This document shows, in pieces, positions 30,678 to 38,604 of a stretch of DNA of 64,000 bases. Position 1 is the first letter of the stretch. The number at the start of each line of letters is the position of its first letter. A model generated the notes under the pieces. It did no database searches and had not been told where the DNA came from. It saw only the letters and a list, made by a program, of their open reading frames with translations. The DNA comes from Alphaproteobacteria bacterium (GTDB lineage: Bacteria; Pseudomonadota; Alphaproteobacteria; Micavibrionales; Micavibrionaceae), in the NCBI GenBank assembly GCA_030432025.1, contig JAUIIA010000002.1, positions 207,276 through 271,275 on the forward strand, given 5' to 3'. A program made the position numbers and the translations under genes.

Positions 30678-31022
30678 ATGTATTTAAAAAGCATTTCACT
30701 GGCAACAGCCGCAGTATTAATCACACTCACAGCTCCGGCCCACGCCGGCCTGTTCGACCGCATAAACGAAACCATGGATAAAATCGATAATGCGATCACA
30801 GAGACCGAAGACACAATTGACCGCGCATCCGGCACAGCCGAACGCCTGAACACAGAAGAACCTGCTGCCGGTGACGAGCAATCCAGACGTCAGCAACGCA
30901 TTAACGAGCGATTAGACGCACAACAACAAGCGCCCACTGTAAAAACACGCGAAACACAGCCCGCATCCTCCTCATCGAACAGCGGAGAAGGCACAGGCCT
31001 GCGTATGCGAAATCGTCGCTAG
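30678..31022 (+). CDS. Hypothetical small secreted protein
   Basis: GGAGGAGAG RBS upstream of ATG 30678; signal peptide MYLKSISLATAAVLITLTAPAHA. Confidence 0.55.
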   Translation: MYLKSISLATAAVLITLTAPAHAGLFDRINETMDKIDNAITETEDTIDRASGTAERLNTEEPAAGDEQSRRQQRINERLDAQQQAPTVKTRETQPASSSSNSGEGTGLRMRNRR

Positions 31023-31044
31023 CCCATATGCTTACAAGATCAGG

Positions 31045-31073
31045 AAAGCGCGCCCCAACGGCGCGTTTTTTTT
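31045..31073 (+). terminator. Rho-independent terminator
   Basis: AAAGCGCGCC-CCAAC-GGCGCGTTT stem-loop followed by a T-run (8 T in total). Confidence 0.7.
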
Positions 31074-31183
31074 GTTCCTACGGGCAGAACCTATGCCATC
31101 GATTGGCAGTCGACTAATCGACTTAACCCTATCTTCATTTTTGCACCGCATTCTAAACAAAGCATAATTTGGGGGAAACATAG

Positions 31184-32266
31184 ATGCGCAAAATTCTAGC
31201 AAAATCGCTTTTAGCGGCAACACTCATTACAAACACCGCTTATGCTGATGAGAACACACAACCAACCGCTGAAGATCGCGGAGCCACGTCCGCGAAAGTC
31301 CACATCCAAATCAACCCCGAGCTTTCCAAAAGAGAAGATGCGTACAAACAAGCCGTAGAAAAGCTTTCCGCCGAACAGCAGAAACAGCTGGAGAACCTTG
31401 ACACTCAAATCACTCAAGCACACGAGCCGGAAATATCAGTTGCCGTACAAAGTTCGGTTTTTAAAGCATGCGCAGCTATCGAGCCTGAATTTGAAAAAGC
31501 TTATAAAGACAAGCTCACGTCCTTTCGACTAAAAAAACAAGAAGAGCTCTTCGATAGCCTTGCGACTTTAAGCAAACAAAAACGCGAATACGAATTTATC
31601 GATCAAAAATTAATAGGCGGACATCACGCGTTTCAACGTAGTCTACAAATGCAGTTCATCTCGGGAACCGCTAACGTTTTAAGCGAAGGCATAAAAAGCA
31701 ACCCCGAGAACACCCAAGCCTGCGACGAGCTTAAGACAGAACTTTCAGAAGAGTTTAAAGAACCTTATTTTGTTGATGCCAATACTGGACAACCTGGTTT
31801 CAACTCCAACAACTTGATGGGACAAAAAATGTGCGGCATTGGCTTCAAACACAAAGCCCCCTCGGGAGACGACATCTCCATCGGTATGATTTACTTTAAA
31901 GAAGGTGGACAATATCACTTCGATGTCAGCGCGAAAATCCTCGCCCCCTCGCCGGCAGGCGAAGTTAAAAGCTTACCTGTCGAAGACGCATGGGTTGATT
32001 TCGGAGCAATCAATACCCAATTCTGGACGAGGAAGCGTCAACCTTACCCTTCACTTTATATTATGAGCTTTGAAAAGCAGAAAGTCGTGAATGTATTACA
32101 CCAAATGCGTCAATACCCAACCTACGTCAGCACAAAAAACCCCGACTGGGAGAACAAGGTCGTCTTTTCTTATCAATACCCGCCCAGCGAAATAGAAAAA
32201 ATGGCTAAATGCGTCACCGAAGTTGACAGCGAAATGGCTAAACCTTTGAAAGATGCAGGCTTTTAA
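31184..32266 (+). CDS. Hypothetical secreted protein (360 aa)
   Basis: Signal peptide (MRKILAKSLLAATLITNTAYA); no family recognised. Confidence 0.55.
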   Translation: MRKILAKSLLAATLITNTAYADENTQPTAEDRGATSAKVHIQINPELSKREDAYKQAVEKLSAEQQKQLENLDTQITQAHEPEISVAVQSSVFKACAAIEPEFEKAYKDKLTSFRLKKQEELFDSLATLSKQKREYEFIDQKLIGGHHAFQRSLQMQFISGTANVLSEGIKSNPENTQACDELKTELSEEFKEPYFVDANTGQPGFNSNNLMGQKMCGIGFKHKAPSGDDISIGMIYFKEGGQYHFDVSAKILAPSPAGEVKSLPVEDAWVDFGAINTQFWTRKRQPYPSLYIMSFEKQKVVNVLHQMRQYPTYVSTKNPDWENKVVFSYQYPPSEIEKMAKCVTEVDSEMAKPLKDAGF

Positions 32267-32886
32267 GCCAAACCATTCTGCGCCGGTCCATCAGCACCGG
32301 GTAGCCAGCCACGCATACGATCAACCAAAGCTTCCGCCTTACCCGCCAGAGTTTCCTCTGCACGATATTCCTGAGCTCCCGCCTGTTTAATGCTGTCGAT
32401 CAATTGTGGCGTGATTGCCGAAAATTTCGTAAGCGCGGTTTCGCACAAAGCAATGCCACCATTAATATCACTGAAATCACGGCCCAGGTCACTTCGGCTT
32501 TCCAGCGCGTCAGGGGTAAAATCCGCGACCAAACGATCGCGCACAACCTGTAAATTCTCGGACAACTCCTTAAACTGCTCCTCACGAACAGCATAATCCA
32601 CCGGCACCGCACCCGGTTTTCCGTGATCTTCAAAGGCCGTCAGCGTCGCATAAACCTCACCATCACTTGAAAACTTCATGTCCACGCTTGTGCCTTCATA
32701 GAATTTACGGGTAAATGCGCGCGCATTCCGGTCTAGCGGATAATCGGAGCGGCTGTAAGATTCCGGATTCATGCGTACCGGAGACCCTTCAGGCAATTCA
32801 AGTGGAAGTTCTCTTTGGCTGTCAGCTGTCTGTATCATAACGGTCCCTGTATTGTTAATTTTGCAGGACCTTAGCATATTTAACAT
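32263..32886 (-). CDS. Hypothetical protein (207 aa maximal ORF)
   Basis: ORF convergent with and overlapping the previous gene by 4 nt. Alternative start at ATG 32838 (MIQTADSQ). Confidence 0.5.
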   Translation of the reverse strand: MLNMLRSCKINNTGTVMIQTADSQRELPLELPEGSPVRMNPESYSRSDYPLDRNARAFTRKFYEGTSVDMKFSSDGEVYATLTAFEDHGKPGAVPVDYAVREEQFKELSENLQVVRDRLVADFTPDALESRSDLGRDFSDINGGIALCETALTKFSAITPQLIDSIKQAGAQEYRAEETLAGKAEALVDRMRGWLPGADGPAQNGLA

Positions 32887-32965
32887 AACAATTCAAAGTT
32901 AGCTCATATGCCAGCCCCCAAACAGCGCCCTCAGCACTCCTAAGGCATGCACGCACCGATTAAAT

Positions 32966-32995
32966 TTGACAGCCGCACGGAAACCTGCGCTTAAT
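32966..32995 (+). promoter_or_regulatory. Candidate sigma70-type promoter for cspA (long 5' UTR)
   Basis: TTGACA (32966-32971), an 18-nt spacer, then CTTAAT (32990-32995). This would give a ~220-nt leader, as is usual for csp genes. Confidence 0.3.
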
Positions 32996-33222
32996 GCGCG
33001 TAGTTTGAATACCACGACACGACGACACGACTTTATAAGAGACCGCTGCCGCTTTCATCATTAGAAACCCGCAGCTTCGGACCAAAAACTCCCCCCTTTT
33101 AGAAAATCTGTTTGAACGACGTTACGGCTATGCGCCCCTTATGGGTTCAGGCCACTCAAACATAAAGCTCCAAGCGCATGGTGCGCACGGGGCTCAACCG
33201 AATTGCTAAAAGGAGAAATATC

Positions 33223-33429
33223 ATGGCAACCGGAACAGTAAAATGGTTTAACCCAACTAAAGGCTTTGGCTTCATCGAACCTGACGAAGGTGGCAAGGAT
33301 GTATTCGTACATATCTCTGCTGTTGAAAAAGCAGGCATGCGCAGCCTGAACGAAGGCGAAAAGATTGAATACGAAATTCAATCAGAACGCGGCAAAGACT
33401 CTGCCCAAAACCTAAAGAAAGCTGCATAA
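33223..33429 (+). CDS. cspA: Cold-shock protein
   Basis: [34 protein letters not shown] contains the RNP1/RNP2 motifs; AGGAGA RBS 6 nt upstream. Confidence 0.95.
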   Translation: MATGTVKWFNPTKGFGFIEPDEGGKDVFVHISAVEKAGMRSLNEGEKIEYEIQSERGKDSAQNLKKAA

Positions 33430-33433
33430 TTAC

Positions 33434-33586
33434 ATGCAAACACACACGAAGAACGACGATGAAAAAGTACTGAAGCCTGTTCAGGCCGGCGATTACGGGC
33501 AACCTGCCCCTAGCATGGCCAAGGAACAGGACGCCGACAGCTCGGATACGGACGGCCGCAAGGTCCTCTCCCTCTGGAGCCATTAA
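33434..33586 (+). CDS. Possible small ORF (50 aa) between cspA and its terminator
   Basis: ATG 33434 to TAA 33584-33586 (MQTHTKNDDEKVLKPVQAGDYGQPAPSMAKEQDADSSDTDGRKVLSLWSH). It fills most of the cspA-terminator gap; no obvious RBS. Confidence 0.25.
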   Translation: MQTHTKNDDEKVLKPVQAGDYGQPAPSMAKEQDADSSDTDGRKVLSLWSH

Positions 33587-33617
33587 AGCGCACTACAGTA
33601 CATAAAGAATTATAGAC

Positions 33618-33647
33618 AAACGGGAGGCCACGGCTTCCCGTTTTTTT
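33618..33647 (+). terminator. Rho-independent terminator
   Basis: AAACGGGAGGC-CACG-GCTTCCCGTTT (11-bp stem with one G-U pair) followed by TTTT. Confidence 0.75.
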
Positions 33648-33711
33648 ACGCCCATTCCGATGCCGAGCCTAAACATTTGACATATTGCGAAAGCTTTATT
33701 AGTATCCTCGA

Positions 33712-34059
33712 ATGTTCACACAAGATGTAAAGCTGCATATCTTTACAACCATCATGGGCTTCAGCAATTCAGAAGTCGTCCTGATGGCCGAAACGGCTGA
33801 GCGTATGGTCCATAATATGGAGTTTCAACGCAGCGCCGATCCTGACCTGAACGACAACGCCGAATTCCTCTACAATATGGACGGCGCAAAACTTGCCCTC
33901 GTCATCGCACAGCAACGGGTAAAGGACCTCGGCAAACCCGCCGCCGAACAGGCACAAAACATGCGCGGCCTGTGTGCCATGCTCGAAATCGAATTTTACG
34001 AGCAAATGCCCGCACCCGAAGATCTCCCCGATCTCGGCGAATACGGTCTCAAATTTTAA
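33712..34059 (+). CDS. Hypothetical protein (115 aa maximal ORF)
   Basis: ORF with host-like composition; no family recognised; start uncertain. Confidence 0.45.
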   Translation: MFTQDVKLHIFTTIMGFSNSEVVLMAETAERMVHNMEFQRSADPDLNDNAEFLYNMDGAKLALVIAQQRVKDLGKPAAEQAQNMRGLCAMLEIEFYEQMPAPEDLPDLGEYGLKF

Positions 34060-34071
34060 CGGATTAAATCT

Positions 34072-34308
34072 CTAGAAATCGTAGCCATAGCCATCATTGT
34101 CACGGGACGGCTCGTCCTTGCGGCGGTAACCCCCATCGGGGTCAGGCTCCCACCCGGGCGGTATTTCCTGAACATGGTCGTGTAGAGGAATTTGAACGGA
34201 GGAGCGTTCCTCGCGCTCACGGCGCTGTTTCTCGATTTCATGAATGATATGCGGCGGCAAAACCGGTTCGGCAGCATTCCATGTCGGCTGAAGGTCGGGA
34301 GCACTCAT
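34072..34308 (-). CDS. Hypothetical protein (78 aa)
   Basis: ORF with host-like G+C (33/60 at 34141-34200); Pro/Glu/Arg-rich. Confidence 0.4.
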   Translation of the reverse strand: MSAPDLQPTWNAAEPVLPPHIIHEIEKQRREREERSSVQIPLHDHVQEIPPGWEPDPDGGYRRKDEPSRDNDGYGYDF

Positions 34309-34346
34309 ATACGCAATTCCTGTTCTTATTATTAATTGATCTTGTA

Positions 34347-34378
34347 ATATTAATGCGCCTGAACGCGGTAAATGTCAA
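34347..34378 (-). promoter_or_regulatory. Candidate sigma70-type promoter for the 34308 gene
   Basis: Minus strand reads TTGACA (34378-34373), an 18-nt spacer, then ATTAAT (34354-34349). Confidence 0.3.
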
Positions 34379-34421
34379 GATTTGCGAGAATGCAGGGGTT
34401 TCTTCTTGTTTTGTCAATTTT

Positions 34422-34862
34422 TTAGTGATGCTTCTTGATGCCAAGCGTCTTCCTTAAATTTTTAGCCTTTGAACCAATAAGAAGTATTCTCGGGTTTTCA
34501 AAAGCGACAAAATCGCGATTTGGATCATCAAACCCCTCACTAGTGATGGCTTGACGATATTCTATCAAAGCTGACTTGTTTTTTTCTTTTTTCTGATTAA
34601 TTCGCCAACCAAGAGTTTTAATTTTAGACAAAATCTTTATGGCTCGAAAATGATTGTTACTGTCAGCAGAAGGGCTGCACCAATGCTCAATGGCAAGCTC
34701 TTCAATTTCTTGAATAAGATCAGATAAATTGGATTTTTTAGAATTGGATTGATGCCATAAAAAAGCACCGCCACCGATTAAACTGCTTATGAGAGGCCCA
34801 ATTATAGCAGCTTGAATATTGGTTTCTTTAAGCCAGCCAAAAACGGAAAATTCATCGGCCAT
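34422..34862 (-). CDS. Small single-pass membrane protein, third gene of the AT-rich islet
   Basis: 146 aa with a TM helix IQAAIIGPLISSLIGGGAFLW near the N-terminus. The ATG overlaps the upstream stop (TAATG). The region has ~36% G+C. Confidence 0.6.
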   Translation of the reverse strand: MADEFSVFGWLKETNIQAAIIGPLISSLIGGGAFLWHQSNSKKSNLSDLIQEIEELAIEHWCSPSADSNNHFRAIKILSKIKTLGWRINQKKEKNKSALIEYRQAITSEGFDDPNRDFVAFENPRILLIGSKAKNLRKTLGIKKHH

Positions 34863-35188
34863 TAATTCACTCCGTCAATATACCCCATAATTTCATCAAT
34901 GAGAGAAGGATCGTCTTTAGATACAAAAGATATCTTAGTTAAAACCTCTTCTTTGTCGAAGCCCTCAACCCTTATCAAATTTGCAAAAGCTTCATCCAAA
35001 AAAGAGGATCCATAACCTTCCGTGCCATCTAACTCAATTATGACGGCGCTATGCTCTTTCAGAGCAGGTATTAAAAAGTTTTTTCGAAATGTTTCGCCAC
35101 TCGTTTCGCTATATTTGTCAAGTCGCCCATACGGAAACCTACTAAAATCATTAGCAATATTAATAACTATTTTTGACATACCATTCAT
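34862..35188 (-). CDS. STAS-like (DUF4325-type) domain protein
   Basis: 108 aa. FPYGR...VIIELDGTEGYGSSFLDEAF...ISFVS resembles DUF4325/anti-sigma-antagonist topology. ATGA overlap with the upstream gene. Confidence 0.65.
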   Translation of the reverse strand: MNGMSKIVINIANDFSRFPYGRLDKYSETSGETFRKNFLIPALKEHSAVIIELDGTEGYGSSFLDEAFANLIRVEGFDKEEVLTKISFVSKDDPSLIDEIMGYIDGVN

Positions 35189-36252
35189 TCACAAGTGTTT
35201 AAACAGATACTCCAAACGACCAAAGTACCGTAAAGAGTCGCATTGACATTTTTAGCTTCCCAGTTGCCTTCATCGTCAAAAGAGTATGCTCCTTTATAGC
35301 TAAAAATACTCAAAACACCATCAGAACTTTCACGAATAAGCTGTTGCATATCATATGATCCTTGCCCGCGCCCTTGTACCTTTGTGCTACTACGACCTTG
35401 AGACATAGCAAAAGACAGTTTTTCATCATCATAGGGCTCCCTCATAAGCTTTGAAGTTAGCTCCTCCAATTTTTCATTCCAGTTAACCTTTAACGTATTT
35501 GGAATGCCTGCCCCCTGGTCATACAGAACCATAACAATTGTATTATTATCATTAAGCTTAAAACCAGCGCGCCACCAAACGGGAATGCATGTAACATGAT
35601 TTTCGTCTTTATAAACTTCGGGATAAGCATGCTCGACAGCATTAGCCATTGCTTCAGTAAGAGCTCTATATATTTTACCAGAGTAAGGCGAAGCAGGTTT
35701 TACACCGTCTTCATAAAAAAGCTCCTTAATCCCTCTCATGAGGCTTTCTGGATTGTCTGAACCATACTTCAATCTAACAACATCTACTTCTGGCAATTCA
35801 TCAAAAGCAGGTTTGGAAGATTTGATTCCTAAAAGCTGAAAAAAGCCTAATTCATTAAGCATAAAATATACGTCAGAATCATCAGGGTAAGAACCAATGA
35901 TGCTTTTAGGTTCCTTTTTATTACAACGGTCAATCTCAGCAGCAAGGACAACGCATGTTTCCGCAGATATTTCTTCGCATTCGGAGAAATTCAAAAAGAC
36001 GAATAATTCATCTACAAAAATAATCTCTCTAATGAGATTAATGAAAGCTACAGTCTCCTCATAATTATCAAATAAACTCATTATGCGAGGCACTTTTATA
36101 TGCCGTCTGGAACCAGCTTTATTTAAGAGCCGCAACAGACCCTGCTTACGGCGCCTTAGGCGTTCCGGCCTAGTCTCTTCGCGTTTGTGAATGTTTCTGG
36201 CATGAATCGTATGCCATGACTTTGATTTTAACCCCATACGCAGCTCACTCAA
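35185..36252 (-). CDS. GHKL-superfamily ATPase, RsbW/SpoIIAB-like (putative Ser kinase) with an uncharacterised N-terminal region
   Basis: N-box LTEAMANAVEHA (aa ~198-209), G1 YDQGAGIP (aa 244-251) and G2 GRGQGS (aa 294-299). Maximal ORF from TTG 36252; alternative starts at ATG 36237 and ATG 36081. Confidence 0.7.
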   Translation of the reverse strand: MSELRMGLKSKSWHTIHARNIHKREETRPERLRRRKQGLLRLLNKAGSRRHIKVPRIMSLFDNYEETVAFINLIREIIFVDELFVFLNFSECEEISAETCVVLAAEIDRCNKKEPKSIIGSYPDDSDVYFMLNELGFFQLLGIKSSKPAFDELPEVDVVRLKYGSDNPESLMRGIKELFYEDGVKPASPYSGKIYRALTEAMANAVEHAYPEVYKDENHVTCIPVWWRAGFKLNDNNTIVMVLYDQGAGIPNTLKVNWNEKLEELTSKLMREPYDDEKLSFAMSQGRSSTKVQGRGQGSYDMQQLIRESSDGVLSIFSYKGAYSFDDEGNWEAKNVNATLYGTLVVWSICLNTCE

Positions 36253-36273
36253 TACCCCTTGAATATAAGTATG

Positions 36274-38361
36274 CTAAAGCCCCAACTCCGCCTCTTCAAG
36301 TTTTTTGACTTCATCGCGCAGTTTGGCGGCTTCTTCAAATTCCAAATTCTCCGCATGTTTGAGCATTTTCGCTTTCAGCTCCGCAATGCGTTTTTGTAAC
36401 GCGGCGGGGTCGTGGGCGAATTCCAGCATCTCCACATCATGCACGGTGCGTTCCTTCGGCTCTTCCTGCGTCCAGATCACCTCGCTCAAATTCTTCCGCA
36501 CACTTTCAGGGGTGATGCCGTGCTCCTCGTTATAGGCGATCTGTTTCTCGCGGCGGCGCTCGGTTTCATCAATCGCATATTGCATGCTTTCGGTAATGCG
36601 GTCGGCGTATAAAATCGCCTTGCCATCCACGTTCCGCGCGGCGCGTCCAATCGTCTGCACCAGCGAGGTCTTGCTGCGCAAAAATCCTTCCTTATCCGCA
36701 TCCAGTATCATCACGCGCATACATTCGGGAATGTCCAATCCCTCCCGCAGCAGGTTGATCCCGACCAGCACGTCGAACTCCCCTTTGCGCAAATCGTTGA
36801 TGATCTCTATCCGCTCCAGCGTATCAACATCGGAGTGGAGGTAGCGCACGGCAATGCCGTTTTCATTGAGGTATTCGCTCAACGCCTCCGCCATTTTCTT
36901 GGTCAGCGTGGTGACGAGCAAACGCCCGCCTTTCGCGATGACCTCTTTCGCCTCATGCATCAGATCATCGACCTGATGCTCGGTCGGGCGGATTTCGACA
37001 GGCGGGTCAATGAGGCCCGTCGGGCGCACGACTTGCTCGGCGAATTCACCGCCCGTTTGCTCCAGCTCCCAATCCCCCGGCGTGGCGGAGACATAGATGG
37101 TTTGGGAGCGGAATTGCTGCCACTCCTCGAATTTCAGCGGGCGGTTATCGACGGCGGCGGGCAAGCGGAAGCCGTGCTCCACCAGTGTGGATTTACGCGC
37201 GCGGTCGCCCTTATACATGCCGCCGATTTGCGGCACCATGACGTGGCTTTCATCCAGAAACATCAACGCATCATCGGGCAGGTATTCGATGAGGGTTGGC
37301 GGTGGCTCCCCCGGTGCGCGGCCCGTGAGGTAGCGGGAGTAATTCTCGATACCCTTGGTCGTGCCCGTGGCCTCCAGCATCTCCAGATCAAATGTCGTGC
37401 GCTGATCGATGCGCTGCGCCTCCAGCAGCTTGTTGTTCTTCTCGAAAAACTCGATCTGGATTTTGAGGTCGTTTTTGATCTGTTTGATCGCCTGCTGCAT
37501 CGTCGGACCGGGCGTGATGTAGTGCGAGTTCGCGAAGATACGCACCCCTTCGAGGTCGGCGAATTTCTCACCCGTCAGCGGGTCAAACTCGATGATCTTT
37601 TCAATTTCATCACCGAACATGTCGAACCGCCATGCGCGCTCGCTCATGTGGGAGGGGAACAGCTCCACCACATCGCCGCGCACACGAAAACACCCACGCT
37701 CGAACGCAATGTCGTTGCGCGTATATTGCAACATGACCAGACGCTGGATCAGTTCCTGACGGTCGATTGTATCCCCACGCGTGATGTTGAAGCTCATCGC
37801 GGCGTAGTCTTCCTTCGACCCGATACCGTAGATGCAGGACACGGAAGCGACGATAATCACATCGCGGCGCTCGAACAACGCACGGGTCGCGGCGTGGCGC
37901 ATACGGTCGATCTGCTCGTTAATGGAGCTGTCTTTCTCGATGAACGTATCCGTGCGTGGCACATAGGCCTCGGGCTGGTAGTAATCGTAATAGGAGACGA
38001 AATATTCAACCGCATTATCGGGGAAAAAGCTTTTGAACTCCGCATATAACTGCGCGGCGAGTGTCTTGTTCGGCGCGAGGATGAGCGCGGGGCGCTGCAT
38101 TTCCTGAATTACATGCGCCATCGTGAAGGTCTTCCCCGAGCCCGTAACACCGAGCAAAACCTGATCGGTCAGCCCGTCCTGAACCCCCTCCACCAGTTGC
38201 TTGATCGCCTTGGGCTGATCGCCGGTGGGGGTGAAGTCGGTATCGATGCGGAACGGGATAGTCGGCTCCGTGCCCGTTTTCTGCATCTCGACTGCTGTCT
38301 GATTTAATTCAACTACGCCTCGCATACCCTTAGATATAGGACGCAGCGACTCGAATGCCAA
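36274..38361 (-). CDS. uvrB: Excinuclease ABC subunit B
   Basis: [10 protein letters not shown], Walker [13 protein letters not shown] box, helicase motifs and a C-terminal UVR domain ([12 protein letters not shown]). TTG start at 38361; the start is uncertain. Confidence 0.95.
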   Translation of the reverse strand: MAFESLRPISKGMRGVVELNQTAVEMQKTGTEPTIPFRIDTDFTPTGDQPKAIKQLVEGVQDGLTDQVLLGVTGSGKTFTMAHVIQEMQRPALILAPNKTLAAQLYAEFKSFFPDNAVEYFVSYYDYYQPEAYVPRTDTFIEKDSSINEQIDRMRHAATRALFERRDVIIVASVSCIYGIGSKEDYAAMSFNITRGDTIDRQELIQRLVMLQYTRNDIAFERGCFRVRGDVVELFPSHMSERAWRFDMFGDEIEKIIEFDPLTGEKFADLEGVRIFANSHYITPGPTMQQAIKQIKNDLKIQIEFFEKNNKLLEAQRIDQRTTFDLEMLEATGTTKGIENYSRYLTGRAPGEPPPTLIEYLPDDALMFLDESHVMVPQIGGMYKGDRARKSTLVEHGFRLPAAVDNRPLKFEEWQQFRSQTIYVSATPGDWELEQTGGEFAEQVVRPTGLIDPPVEIRPTEHQVDDLMHEAKEVIAKGGRLLVTTLTKKMAEALSEYLNENGIAVRYLHSDVDTLERIEIINDLRKGEFDVLVGINLLREGLDIPECMRVMILDADKEGFLRSKTSLVQTIGRAARNVDGKAILYADRITESMQYAIDETERRREKQIAYNEEHGITPESVRKNLSEVIWTQEEPKERTVHDVEMLEFAHDPAALQKRIAELKAKMLKHAENLEFEEAAKLRDEVKKLEEAELGL

Positions 38362-38604
38362 TGAAATTCCGCGAGAACGAGTTCAAATATATGTCAAATA
38401 GACTCGTGTATTCAAAAAAACTCATAAGCAGAGAAAAAACGAAATTATTTGGAGCCGTTTTAATGGATTGAAAATGTCCTGAGACCCCTCTGCAGGCCAT
38501 TTTTTTTACTTTCTTCGCAACTGCAAAATTTTTCTTTGCAATTTAAAAATTAGGGGCATATACAAGCGCCGAAAACACAAACCTGCGTACACGGAGCAGA
38601 TACT

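Noticed and set aside
31032-31223. A 63-aa minus-strand ORF between two plus-strand genes.
   Set aside because: It spans a clear plus-strand terminator hairpin and the start of the next gene, and has no RBS.
36835-38049. A 404-aa plus-strand ORF, plus several shorter ones, lying inside uvrB.
   Set aside because: It lies antisense to a gene with unambiguous UvrB motifs. Its product is Arg/His/Leu/Gly-rich low-complexity, typical of shadow ORFs in G+C-rich coding DNA.
36274-38361. uvrB looked like a G+C outlier (57-65% in sampled lines), suggesting it might have been acquired together with the islet.
   Set aside because: Sampled lines from purB (57%) and the DinG helicase (60%) fall in the same range, so uvrB is within the host spread. 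Only the 34422-36100 stretch is clearly deviant.
38375-38384. The GAAC-GA-GTTC palindrome upstream of uvrB considered as a Cheo-type (GAAC-N4-GTTC) SOS box.
   Set aside because: The spacer is 2 nt rather than 4, so it does not fit the Gram-positive LexA consensus. Only the overlapping GTTC-N7-TGTC direct repeat is reported, at low confidence.
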